From: a bacterium
GTDB taxonomy: Bacteria > SAR324 > NAC60-12
Direction: 5' to 3'
DNA: 29,316 nucleotides
Assembly: GCA_965233585.1 (NCBI GenBank)
Contig: CBDDTI010000231.1
Location: 1 to 29,316 of the forward strand
The notes below the pieces were generated by a model. It made no database searches and was not told the origin of the DNA. It saw nothing but the letters and a program-made list of their open reading frames with translations. Shown here in pieces: positions 10,462-20,131 of this stretch (position 1 is the stretch's first letter; the number at the start of each line of letters is the position of its first letter). Both the position numbers and the translations under genes were made by a program.

Positions 10462-12708
10462 ATGGTCAGGACAAGATCAGCAGTGCATAATAACCCTACT
10501 GTAATGGAGTTGAAGCGTATTGCTAGGGCATCAAGAAGACAAGAATGGCTCAGTTACTATGAGACAATAGAACAGGCCATCAGAGCTGGCGAAATTAAGG
10601 ACTATTTCGCTGGGTCAACAGTGGGTGAGGATGAAGATGAACAAGACAGGTTTAAACTTTGCATCCGCCTCCTTTACGGGTTTCCCTTTGAAGAGTACAT
10701 CGCCGTTACAAAGGAGGTACCCATTGTTACCCTCCTGATGAGGGAATTAGACAAATCTCTCAACAGGGAGGCATATCCGGGGCAATCAGAAGCTTTGGTA
10801 TCTGATTGCACGGAAGAAGAAGTAAAAGGGTTCATGGTGGCCAGGAGAGCTCTTGTCTGCAGCTATCTTGAGAAGCTTCAATCATTTAGGGAACAGGTTA
10901 CCGTACAAGAAAAAGGATGGACCGAGGGTCTAAGCATTTATAAGGCAATGGCCTTGTCCCTTTTTCGAGAGTACTTGGATACTCTCGCACATTTGCTGTT
11001 CTTGTCAGGAGAAAGTTTAATTAACGCAGTGATAGGACACACACAGTGGGCCAAAGAAAACGTTTTACCTGTAGTGCAAATGCTCATGACCGCATTTAGA
11101 GATGACAATGTCGCTGCTCCAGTTTTATTTGAGCATTTTCCCGCAGCAGGGGAAACTTTCCTCTCATTTAGATCAACCTTGGAGGACGAGGTTAAAGAAA
11201 AACTCAAGAATGAGGTTAATGAGGAGAAAGTTGAAGGCGCGGCAGCATTCCATCCAGGAATGTCATCAACCTTGAGGGATAACAAGCCAGCTCTTGAGAA
11301 AAAAGATTTGCAGAAACAGCAAAGGTTAACTGCTATCTTTGAAGATGAGGATCTTTCACCAGAGCAAAAGTACTTCATGATGGAGTACATTAGGCAAGCG
11401 GATCATGAAGAAGACAATGAAAACTTTGTGACTACAGGAAAAATGGGAGAAGATGAAGACCCCTTAGAAAAGCGTTTTCACTTGCGTTTAGAAGAGACTG
11501 ATCATGAACTTTATTCCTCACCCCAACCCCATTCTAGTCAATACCATTCTTTACCCGATGTCAAGCTCCCAAAATTCCATGGTAACCCCTTAGAATTCCA
11601 TAAATTTTATTCTATGTTTCTTTGTTTGGTAGATAGGAATCCCAAAATTCCAAAAATCATGAAATTGCATTTACTCAACGATGCTCTTCGAGGTACAGCA
11701 AGCTATCTTACGCACCAGATCACGTATGCGCCGGGCAGCTATGACCAGTTGAAGCATAATTTGTTGCAAGCCTTTGGTGACACGGAGTCAGCCCTTAGTC
11801 AATTGCGAGAAAGGCTAAATGCTTGGCCTATGATCCCTGAGGATAAGTACACGGATCTCGCAAAATTCTATGGGTTTGCCACTAATTACGTTATGAGCCT
11901 TTTGCAGTATGACGAAGGTGCATCATTTAACGCAAGAGGTACACTTCACGACTTATACTGCAAATTCAATCAAAGTATGAGGCATAACTATCAATGGTCA
12001 TTGGAGCGTGAAGAAACCTTGAAGGGCAAGTTAGCAGATAGAGCGAAGTTGGATTTCATGTTACACTGGTTAGATAAACAGGTTTCAATGGCGAGAACCT
12101 TTTATCATGCGGACCCAAAGAACCCCAAACTTCCCTTGGGAATGCCCTCGGGAATTGCAATGGAGTTTGGGAAGAATCGAGGGAAACCAAACAATGAAAG
12201 GGGTAATGGAAGGGGCGGAGGCTCACAAGCGAAACAGAATTCGGAGCCCATAGACACAACCACGGTTCTTGCGACAGACACGGTTGCCACAAGGGGTGGA
12301 GCAACGCGTGGTGGCCGTGGTAGAGGTAGAGGAAGAGGAGGCACTCGAGGAGCTCGAGGCAGAGGAAGGGGAGGAAGGGGTGGAGGAGGGGGATCTTCGA
12401 CACATCCAGCTACATCGACAATCGATCAATCAGCATCAACGAGTGGTTCAAATGATGATAGGGAAGTTGTTCCTTGTTGTTTTTGTAACAATCCCCGGCA
12501 CAGTTCGCATTTATGCACGCAAAAGATGAAACCCGATACTGTATATATTAAGGCTTTAGAGTTTCAACTTTGTCTTAATTGCTTAAGAGCAGGCCATTGG
12601 GCATCTTCGTGTCCCCATCCGGGATGCGGACGTGATAATTGCAACGGACGACATCATCGTATGATGCATGGCAGATCGAAAGATTTAGCACCCACCCAAA
12701 ATAGTTAG
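10462..12708 (+). CDS. gag: BEL/Pao Gag (748 aa)
   Basis: DUF1759-like LPDVKLPKFHGNPLEFHKFYSMF, an RGG-rich tract, and knuckles CFCNNPRHSSHLC, CLNCLRAGHWASSC and CGRDNCNGRHHRMMH. Confidence 0.95.
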   Translation: MVRTRSAVHNNPTVMELKRIARASRRQEWLSYYETIEQAIRAGEIKDYFAGSTVGEDEDEQDRFKLCIRLLYGFPFEEYIAVTKEVPIVTLLMRELDKSLNREAYPGQSEALVSDCTEEEVKGFMVARRALVCSYLEKLQSFREQVTVQEKGWTEGLSIYKAMALSLFREYLDTLAHLLFLSGESLINAVIGHTQWAKENVLPVVQMLMTAFRDDNVAAPVLFEHFPAAGETFLSFRSTLEDEVKEKLKNEVNEEKVEGAAAFHPGMSSTLRDNKPALEKKDLQKQQRLTAIFEDEDLSPEQKYFMMEYIRQADHEEDNENFVTTGKMGEDEDPLEKRFHLRLEETDHELYSSPQPHSSQYHSLPDVKLPKFHGNPLEFHKFYSMFLCLVDRNPKIPKIMKLHLLNDALRGTASYLTHQITYAPGSYDQLKHNLLQAFGDTESALSQLRERLNAWPMIPEDKYTDLAKFYGFATNYVMSLLQYDEGASFNARGTLHDLYCKFNQSMRHNYQWSLEREETLKGKLADRAKLDFMLHWLDKQVSMARTFYHADPKNPKLPLGMPSGIAMEFGKNRGKPNNERGNGRGGGSQAKQNSEPIDTTTVLATDTVATRGGATRGGRGRGRGRGGTRGARGRGRGGRGGGGGSSTHPATSTIDQSASTSGSNDDREVVPCCFCNNPRHSSHLCTQKMKPDTVYIKALEFQLCLNCLRAGHWASSCPHPGCGRDNCNGRHHRMMHGRSKDLAPTQNS

Positions 12709-12779
12709 GAAATTTCGGGGCTCCCGTCGGACTTACCGGTGGGGGTAAGGGGGCCCTTAGAAAAATGGAAATCCCCTAC
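12706..12779 (+). promoter_or_regulatory. Candidate UAG readthrough signal (stop + 8-nt spacer + stem-loop/pseudoknot)
   Basis: TAG GAAATTTC, then GGGGCTCC (12717-24) pairing with GGGGCCCT (12750-57) and inner CTTACC/GGTAAG. Loop GTGGGGG could pair with CCCCTAC (12773-79). Confidence 0.65.
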
Positions 12780-15700
12780 TGTTAATTCCTGTAATGCTAA
12801 TGTAGTTTTTGATCTTACTAATCTTCATCACAGAACTAATCTTTTCACTAATCTTTCAGGCAGATCTCTGGGAGGTGAGCCTCAATTGGCACATTCTAAT
12901 AAAGTTATACCACAATTGCTCCCCACATTGATGGTTCCAAACCGAACTTCCAAGCATGAAAAATTAAGGGTTCTTTTGGACACGGGTTCCACTTCTTCTT
13001 TCATCACGGCAAAGGCTTTGAAAGGGGTAAGACACGAAACTCTTGATCATAATGTAACTTTGTCCATTAACACGCTTCATGGTACAAATGTACAACAATC
13101 GCGGAAGGTTAGATGCCACGTGAAGGCACCATTCGGTTTTGTCACTTTTGATTGTTTTGTAGTTTCCTTCATAATGGAATTAGATTATGAAAACACACAT
13201 GTCAATAAGGGTCTTTGTAAGAAATTGAATGCCCTTAAATTAAATGAGTCGATCCCGCGGAAGGGAGGTGAAGTAGATATTCTTCTCGGCATCATTGACA
13301 TGTGGTCGATAGTACGAGGTATTGACCAAAGGATCGGCGAATCTTTGGTCATATTGAAAACGGTTTTCGGCCTTGTACCTTGCGGAATGCTACAAGAGCA
13401 ACAAGAGGAACTCGATGTTTTTGTTTCTACGGTGGATCAACTTAACAAGAACATCGAGAGGATGTGGCAGATTGAAGAGCTCCCCAGAGATCAAACGAAC
13501 GAGAAACTCAGCGTGGATGAGATCATGGCTGTGGAAAGTATGTCGAAGAATTTGAGATACAACCCAATTTCTGGTCGTTTCACAACGAGACTTCTATGGC
13601 GAGAAGAACCAAAGTTGGTTAACAATATCGCCTCGGCGAAGGCGCGCCTAGAAGGGCTCATGAGAAGACTTGACAAGGATCCAGGGTTAAAGGACGCTTA
13701 CCTCAAGGCAATGACAGAGTTCATTGACCAAAACACGGTGGAGGAAGTGACCTCGGAGACGATCGAAGAAATGGGTAATTTGGAACGGACCGATCTTTAT
13801 TTCCTTCCCCATAGGGCTGTATACGATCCCACACGCGTCAGCACAAAATGTCGCATTGTGTTTGACGCTTCGGCAAAAACCCCGTCTGGGTTTTCCTTAA
13901 ATGATTCCCTATTGGCAGGACCCCCTCTTCAACAGGCAATAGTTGCTGTTGAACTACGATTTCGCACAAGGAAAATTGCACTTATAGGCGATATCAGCAA
14001 AATGTTTTTGCAAATAGAGGTGGATCCTGAAGATCGGAAGTATCTTAGATTTTTGTGGCGGGATCCGGAAGATCCCAAAGCCCTCACCAAAGTTTATCAA
14101 TTTAGGACTTTGATCTTTGGTGCGGCAGACTCTCCTTTCCAGGCCATATCTTGCTTGCAACAGCTTGTTAAAGACCGGTTGTTAGAGGCAGGCCTCACGA
14201 CCTTTGAAAAAAGGGCGTGTGATACCATCCTGAAGGACACATATGTAGATGATGTCACCACTGGGGGTGCATCCGTAGAAGAAGCCTTTCGTATGTTTGT
14301 TGAGCTATCCAAGTTGTTAGGTAGAGGTCATTTTCAAATCCGTAAATGGGCGACTAATTCGCCAGAGCTCCTTAAGATGATTCCTAAGGAGGCTCGAGCA
14401 CCCACGACGACAGAGGAGGAGGATAGTTCTTTGTTCTTAAGCGAAGAAACCTCTTCATTAGGGATACGATGGGATCCTTCAAAGGATATCTTTATCTTTA
14501 GACATTATTGCAATATGGCAATTCATAATGATGATACAAAGACTTCCGTAGCCAGTTTGCTTGCTAGACCTTTTGACCCTTTGGGGCTTATCTCTCCTTT
14601 CGTTCTTCTTGCAAGGAAAATCTTGAAGAAAACATTTGAGGAGAAGATAAATTGGAAAAGTTCACTACCCCAAAATTTGCGCACCGAATGGCACCGGTGG
14701 CTTGAAATGCTTCCAGAATTGAAAGATGTGACGTTTCCTAGATATGTTGAATTTAATGAATCTACTGAATTACATATCTTTGGCGACGCATCTGCAAATA
14801 TGGGTCATGGGGTTGCGGCATATGCACGGACGTTTAATAAGGATATTAATTGTTATGAGTCGAATTTGCTGTTTGCCAAGTCTAAGATTAATCCCACTAA
14901 GGAAATCTCTGTGCCCCGTTTAGAACTAGTGGCTGCACTTTTGTGTGCAAACATAGCTGAAATGTTAAAAGAAGAACTGGATTTTCCAAAGAACCGGATC
15001 TTTTGTTATTCTGATTCCGAAACGACATTGTGGTGGTTAACAAAAAAGCCGAATTCTTTGTTACCCTTTGTTGCTAACAGAGTACAAAAGATTCAGGAAC
15101 TTGGGTATGTTTTCCAATACGTGAGCACGCAGTCAAACCCAGCGGACATAGCGAGCCGTGGGTGTGCTCCACACGCATTAACAAGGACTCTTTGGGCAAG
15201 AGGGCCTAATTTTTTGCGCCTCTCGCGAGAGGATTGGAAAATACCCAAGGTGGATTTCTCTAAGGTGGACAAGTTGCAGGAGGTTAAGAAACAATATGTT
15301 TATAATCACTTGACAATTTGTAAAACCTATGAAGAGTTTCCACAAAATATGATGGTAGTCAATATGGCAGACTACTATAGTGACCACGATTTACTTCTGA
15401 GGAAAACCATGTTGGTCATGGAAATCGTGTCAGTTTGGAAAATCAAGGCGTTGCAGAAAAAATCAGCTATGTTGGATGTCAATAAAATATCGCATCATAA
15501 AAATCGAGCGCGACTTTATTGGATCAAACAGTCACAATATGCACATTTCGCTGAAGAGATCGAAAATCTAAAGCGGGGACAAGATATTCCAAGGCACTCT
15601 AAACTCTTACCATTGAACCCGCAATTGGATAAAGAGGGAGTGCTCAGGGTGCATGGTAGATTAGTTGAGGCCCCACTTTTGGAGTTTGAAAGATTTCCAA

Positions 15701-16884
15701 TCATCCTTCCAAAAGGACACGGATTTGTCACCTCACTTATTTTGAAAATTCACTTAGACAATCAACATTCTCCTGTTGATTGGACACATTTTCATCTGAG
15801 GCAACAATACTGGATTATGTCCAGTAGACTTCAGATAAAAAGTGTTTTGAGGAAATGTTTGGAATGCCAAAGATCAAATGCGAGGAGAGGTCAGCAGATC
15901 ATGGCTCCTCTCCCTATAGTCAGATTAAAATATTCCCCTCCATTTACTAAAGTGGGAGTGGATTATACGGCAAAATTTCAAATTAAAATGACTATGAGAG
16001 CAAGGAATTCGCAACCTTGCTATATGGTCATATTCACTTGTCTTATTACTAGGGCGGTTCACACCGAGCTAGTTCTCTCAAATGAAGCTGAAGACTTTTT
16101 ACTTGCATTACGGCGTATGATGAGTGTAAGGGGGGTTCCAGCCCATTTATACTCAGATAACGGCCTTTACTTCAAAAAGGCCGATAAGGAATTAAAGGAA
16201 ACTATTGACCTTAATAATGAGATTATTAAGGACGCCGCGGACAAGTATGAGTTTCAGTGGAGCTACTCTACGGAGCTTCATTCCGCTGGAGGAGGCATTT
16301 GGGAGAGGGCAGTGAAGCTCATTAAGGTTCCTTTAAGGAAATTAATAGATAAGTCAGAGGTGATGACTTATGTTGATTTTCTGACCTTGATGAAAGATGC
16401 AGAGGCGCAAGTTAATGATCGCCCTCTGCTTGCCGTTTCTGAAGAAGCATTTGACGTGATTACTCCTTCCATGCTTTGCCTTGGAAGACGTATTCGACTA
16501 TGGAGGGATTACTTTTCTGAGACTGAATGTGATGACTCTTCTGACGTAAGGCTCCGTTGGGAGCAACGTCAAAATTTGTCTCAGGAATTTAAGAAGTTGT
16601 GGACATCACAATACCTCACTCAACTTCATTCCCGCCATAGATGGTTTTCTAAACAACCTAACTTGAAGATTGGTGATTTGGTGTTAATTGAGGAACAAAA
16701 TAGGAAGCAGTATCAATGGCCACTTGCCAGGGTATTTAGGATAATTAAGGGAAAAGACGGACGGGTTCGAACGGTTCTTTTGCGGTCCAAAAATTCCAAG
16801 AAAATATTAAAACGAAGCATTCATGAGATATTTCCGTTGGAGGCTTGCAGGGACCATGAGCTCGACCAAACCCCTTCTTCCTAA
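12709..16884 (+). CDS. pol: BEL/Pao Pol: aspartic protease, reverse transcriptase, RNase H, integrase
   Basis: LLDTGSTSSFI (12979); YFLPHRAV..KCRIVFDASAK; YVDD (14242); LHIFGDAS, PRLELVAA, YSDS, NPADIASRG; H..H..CLEC, GVDY, YSDNG, WERAVK; C-terminal WPLARV..GKDGRVR. The frame is open from the codon right after the gag stop. Confidence 0.97.
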   Translation, partial: EISGLPSDLPVGVRGPLEKWKSPTVNSCNANVVFDLTNLHHRTNLFTNLSGRSLGGEPQLAHSNKVIPQLLPTLMVPNRTSKHEKLRVLLDTGSTSSFITAKALKGVRHETLDHNVTLSINTLHGTNVQQSRKVRCHVKAPFGFVTFDCFVVSFIMELDYENTHVNKGLCKKLNALKLNESIPRKGGEVDILLGIIDMWSIVRGIDQRIGESLVILKTVFGLVPCGMLQEQQEELDVFVSTVDQLNKNIERMWQIEELPRDQTNEKLSVDEIMAVESMSKNLRYNPISGRFTTRLLWREEPKLVNNIASAKARLEGLMRRLDKDPGLKDAYLKAMTEFIDQNTVEEVTSETIEEMGNLERTDLYFLPHRAVYDPTRVSTKCRIVFDASAKTPSGFSLNDSLLAGPPLQQAIVAVELRFRTRKIALIGDISKMFLQIEVDPEDRKYLRFLWRDPEDPKALTKVYQFRTLIFGAADSPFQAISCLQQLVKDRLLEAGLTTFEKRACDTILKDTYVDDVTTGGASVEEAFRMFVELSKLLGRGHFQIRKWATNSPELLKMIPKEARAPTTTEEEDSSLFLSEETSSLGIRWDPSKDIFIFRHYCNMAIHNDDTKTSVASLLARPFDPLGLISPFVLLARKILKKTFEEKINWKSSLPQNLRTEWHRWLEMLPELKDVTFPRYVEFNESTELHIFGDASANMGHGVAAYARTFNKDINCYESNLLFAKSKINPTKEISVPRLELVAALLCANIAEMLKEELDFPKNRIFCYSDSETTLWWLTKKPNSLLPFVANRVQKIQELGYVFQYVSTQSNPADIASRGCAPHALTRTLWARGPNFLRLSREDWKIPKVDFSKVDKLQEVKKQYVYNHLTICKTYEEFPQNMMVVNMADYYSDHDLLLRKTMLVMEIVSVWKIKALQKKSAMLDVNKISHHKNRARLYWIKQSQYAHFAEEIENLKRGQDIPRHSKLLPLNPQLDKEGVLRVHGRLVEAPLLEFERFPIILPKGHGFVTSLILKIHLDNQHSPVDWTHFHLRQQYWIMSSRLQIKSVLRKCLECQRSNARRGQQIMAPLPIVRLKYSPPFTKVGVDYTAKFQIKMTMRARNSQPCYMVIFTCLITRAVHTELVLSNEAEDFLLALRRMMSVRGVPAHLYSDNGLYFKKADKELKETIDLNNEIIKDAADKYEFQWSYSTELHSAGGGIWERAVKLIKVPLRKLIDKSEVMTYVDFLTLMKDAEAQVNDRPLLAVSEEAFDVITPSMLCLGRRIRLWRDYFSETECDDSSDVRLRWEQRQNLSQEFKKLWTSQYLTQLHSRHRWFSKQPNLKIGDLVLIEEQNRKQYQWPLARVFRIIKGKDGRVRTVLLRSKNSKKILKRSIHEIFPLEACRDHELDQTPSS

Positions 16885-16946
16885 CGGAAGTCTATTCTAC
16901 TCTGACAGTTATCCTTATGGTCAAGAAAGTTTGTTTCACTTTCTTA

Positions 16947-17150
16947 CACCTGGTTGACATATTGTCACCTGGGTGACATACTGCGGTCTATTGTAAATAC
17001 GCAAGATTAATTGCGTCTTAAATAGTTTCCTGTTTGCGCCAAAAACTTTTTTCCACCAATCAGATTCAAGAATTTATCTGTGGTTCCAAGAAAGTGAAGC
17101 CACCAGAATCGTATAAATAGCGCGAATTTTCATCTACTTTCATCACTTGG
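16947..17150 (+). promoter_or_regulatory. Internal RNA Pol II promoter
   Basis: Tandem CACCTGG(T/G)TGACATA (16947, 16966), CCAATCAG (17056), TATAAATA (17112-17119), Inr-like TTCATCACTT about 30 nt downstream, and first ATG at 17217 in GAGATGG context. Confidence 0.65.
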
Positions 17151-17216
17151 ATTCGCACTGCAGTTGCGAAAGGATTGCATTTAAAACTAACATTCCTACA
17201 ACATTCAAATAAGGAG

Positions 17217-17528
17217 ATGGCTGGATTTCTCCTTCCCTTAATAATGGACCTCGTGGGAGGAGGACTGGGTGGAATAGGAGGATCAATTGGAGGATCAACG
17301 TTTGGACCCGCGGAGCTGTCGTCATCAGCTCAGGATACGTCGGCGGACTCAAACGTTTTTAACACTCAAGGGCCTTCGGCTAATCACGGGTCGATTAGCT
17401 TTAATTTTCATGTTAATAATGAAAATTTTTCTACTCCGTTGGGAAACAGTCGAGGGGATCTTCTGGTCAACAGGCGGACGACTTACTTCAACAAAATGAG
17501 CTCCTCAGACGAATTATTGGTAAGATAG
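17217..17528 (+). CDS. Accessory segment A (103 aa if unshifted), hydrophobic Gly-rich N-terminus
   Basis: MAGFLLPLIMDLVGGGLGGIGGSIGG... Contains an in-frame A AAT TTT slippery heptamer at 17423-17429. Confidence 0.6.
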   Translation: MAGFLLPLIMDLVGGGLGGIGGSIGGSTFGPAELSSSAQDTSADSNVFNTQGPSANHGSISFNFHVNNENFSTPLGNSRGDLLVNRRTTYFNKMSSSDELLVR

Positions 17529-17936
17529 CTCCTAGTATCATACCAACTGGATCGAGGAGGAAGCGATCAATCCGGCCAAGAAGACCTTGGGTGAGGTGTT
17601 TTCGACCCTCACGACTTTGTCCACCGAGGCATTTTGGATTGCCTTACGTTGCACCTAAGCCTCTGGTTGACGGACCACCCTTGAGAAGATTTAATGCTAG
17701 TTCTCCTCTACTGATCAATCAACCGCCTATTCCTGTCCTCCGGGCGAAGCAAGCGTATGCAAAAAGGATTTCTGGACTTTTGGAAGAATATCATTTGGGC
17801 ATCTACAAAGAAGAAAAGAAGAACCCTCTTCCAAAGTCGTTTCAACTGGCGCTCTCGAAGTATTATGGATTGAAACCTCTTACGGACTCCCTTGAAAACG
17901 ACTCTAAGATTACACCTCAAATTGAAATCATTGAAG
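17423..17936 (+). CDS. Accessory segment B (-1 frame relative to A; no ATG)
   Basis: Open from 17423 (after TGA 17420-22): KFFYSVGKQ..DDLLQQNELLRRIIGK..SRRKR/SIRPRRPWVRC.. Ends at donor AG|GTAAAT (17937). Confidence 0.55.
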
Positions 17937-17996
17937 GTAAATAAAGAGCTCCTTTCTTCTGAAACTTTGGTATTTAGTTGTTGGTTTTCCTTTTAG

Positions 17997-18619
17997 ATGG
18001 AAAAAAGGTTCATAGTAGGAGAAAAAGGCAGACAAAAGGATTTATCATGCCTGTTCAAGCCGTGAAAGCCGTTATTGCTACGGCTCATTTGGACCAACTC
18101 CTCTATGACAAAATCATGCGTAACGCGGAGTATACGGATTCCAAGATCGTTAATGACTATCTGGATGATTTCTTCGCGATCAACCTGGCCAAGAGATTAC
18201 AACCTATGTTCGTACCACTTGACCATACGAAATTTCCGGAACAAATAGGCAAGGCGGTGTCGTTGGCAACTTTGAAGCTTACAACGGTGGCACGTTGCAG
18301 GATGCTTTACTCCACCTATCCCTGTGAGGATTTGTTGGTGGAGGACAAGAGGACGTGTGCTGCAGCTGGAATTTATACGTGTCACAGTCGTTCGTCACCA
18401 CCACCCGGATACGAGTATGGAACTTGGCGAGTGTACGATCAGTTGAAGGCCCAGGTTGCCGCCAACAGGATGTATCAGGCGGATAAGCATGAACCAACTC
18501 TGATTTTAGAAGAAAGGGAGCTGTCAAGGGAGAAGAGAGGTGCTTGGAAGGTGCCAAGGTATCGTCCCAGGAGGAAGAAACGTCCGTTTATGCGCAAATC
18601 GATCAAGATCGAAGAGTAG
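17997..18619 (+). CDS. Accessory segment C
   Basis: Follows acceptor TTTTCCTTTTAG (17996); removing a 60-nt intron joins B and C in frame. Contains RRKR/Q, a 4-Cys cluster and REKR/G. Confidence 0.6.
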
Positions 18620-18966
18620 TTCGTCCAGTCGTCGAACCAAACTTCAAGTCATGAAGACCTTGGGGGCGGGATCGAGTGTAGGTACGAGTTTGGGAGCAGG
18701 AAAGGTGCGTCCTGGAGCTGGGGCTGGAATGTTTAATACGCTCAGCATTCAGGACATGAGGAGGATGAATGCCGGACCACCAGCTTTGAGAAATCGTGCG
18801 GCAAATCCACATCCCATTACTGCCGCGGGAGTACATGTTGGTTACTCCTCTCCTGTCTCACTCACAAATTTACGCGCTCGATCATCTTCGTTGGATTCGG
18901 TTCGACAAAGTCCTACTCTGGTTCGATCTCCTTCATCATCTTCGATTTCGTTTCAAACGGCGCGAG
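18600..18966 (+). CDS. Accessory segment D (Ser/Arg/Gly-rich)
   Basis: RSRSKSSSSSRRTKLQVMKTLGAG...SSSSISFQTAR, ending at donor AG|GTAGGG (18967). How it joins to C is uncertain. Confidence 0.45.
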
Positions 18967-19010
18967 GTAGGGAAGCCTCTCAATCTTTACTCCTGTTGTT
19001 CCTCAACCAG

Positions 19011-20131
19011 TTTCTTCACTGGCTGCATCGTCGGCACCAAGATCTGGGTGGCATGATATGCCTCCTTTGGAGCCACCATATGCCTACTCACCAAGAGGGT
19101 ATCGACCTGTCCCGGCCAGAAGAAACCTCATCGGGGATCAAGCCTTAACTAGATCTAATTCTATTACCTCGTTGGACTCCAGCGTTAGTTCCAGCATGAC
19201 CGATTCAAGACCACCCACTCGTCTTACTAATGAACAGGGTTCTTTCTTGCCACAAGTTAGGGAGGACTTCAAAGTTCACAATCGGGTGGGAGATGCATAC
19301 CGGATTTATAAGGAAAAGCATCCTTATAAAGTCAAGGCTGGAAAATATGTTGGAGGGGGTATCGCGGCTCTTGGCTCCTACATTGCGGCCTCGCAAATCG
19401 ATAGGGCCATCCAACGCACTCAAGATAAGGCTGACGACAAGACCCATGAGAAGTATGCTAATGAGACAGCAGTTTTGGAGGCGGACCTTTTTAAGGAAAA
19501 ACTTGCAAATGAACGCTTTAAACAACAAAGCGAGTTTGCCTCCAAAGTTCTGTCTGACGCCATCTTGACGGGACAAATACCGACGGAATTGGTGAATCAT
19601 GTTGTGCCGAAGATGACAGTGCAAGAGCCAGTGAGGGAGGAACCGGGGACTTGGACGATGATCGACAGGACAGAAGACCCCTTGCGTCAACAAGATACGT
19701 CAAGAGGTCTCGCACCCAATGTAACAGAGTTGATTGTAGATCATGTCCAGCGGAATGAAAAACAGGTTGAGAAAATGTTAACTCGGAGAAAAGAGTTGAT
19801 ACTTCGAGAGGAAGAAGAGGAGATGCAACAGCCAAAACAAACACTTAGCGCCTTGGATCGTTTAAAGCAGCGAGAACACTTTCATTTTGAACTGCCGGAG
19901 CGAGAGAGAAGCCCGCGCGCTTTACCACATAACTGGGAAGAACCGGGGACACTGGAGTCGCACAAGAAAATTGTGTTGGCTTGGTGTGTGGGGTCTGCGA
20001 TTTTCGCAAGTACTCTTTGTTTTATCTCAGTAATGTGGTCAAAGTGCCGGTGCTGCTGCAGGAAACGGGTTAAAAAACCCACTCCTGTAGACGCTTCGGT
20101 AGAGCCACTTGAACTTGAACCGTTGAAATAA
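19011..20131 (+). CDS. Accessory segment E: coiled-coil-like region with C-terminal transmembrane helix and Cys cluster
   Basis: Acceptor CCTGTTGTTCCTCAACCAG (19010); hydrophobic YVGGGIAALGSYIAA; NETA and NVTE sequons; TM IVLAWCVGSAIFASTLCFISVMW followed by KCRCCCRKRVKK. Confidence 0.7.

Noticed and set aside
10938..11390. 150-aa antisense ORF within gag (also 8750-9202)
   Set aside because: Shadow ORF; its conservation is explained by the ~98% identity of the two copies.
12739..12741. GTG start for pol given by the ORF track
   Set aside because: Artefact of alternative-start calling; the frame is open from 12709, directly after the gag UAG.
17520..17535. Donor-like TG|GTAAGA at the end of segment A as the A-to-B join
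   Set aside because: The nearest AG is too close for an intron, and the sequence is open and coding-like in the -1 frame; not fully excluded without RNA data.
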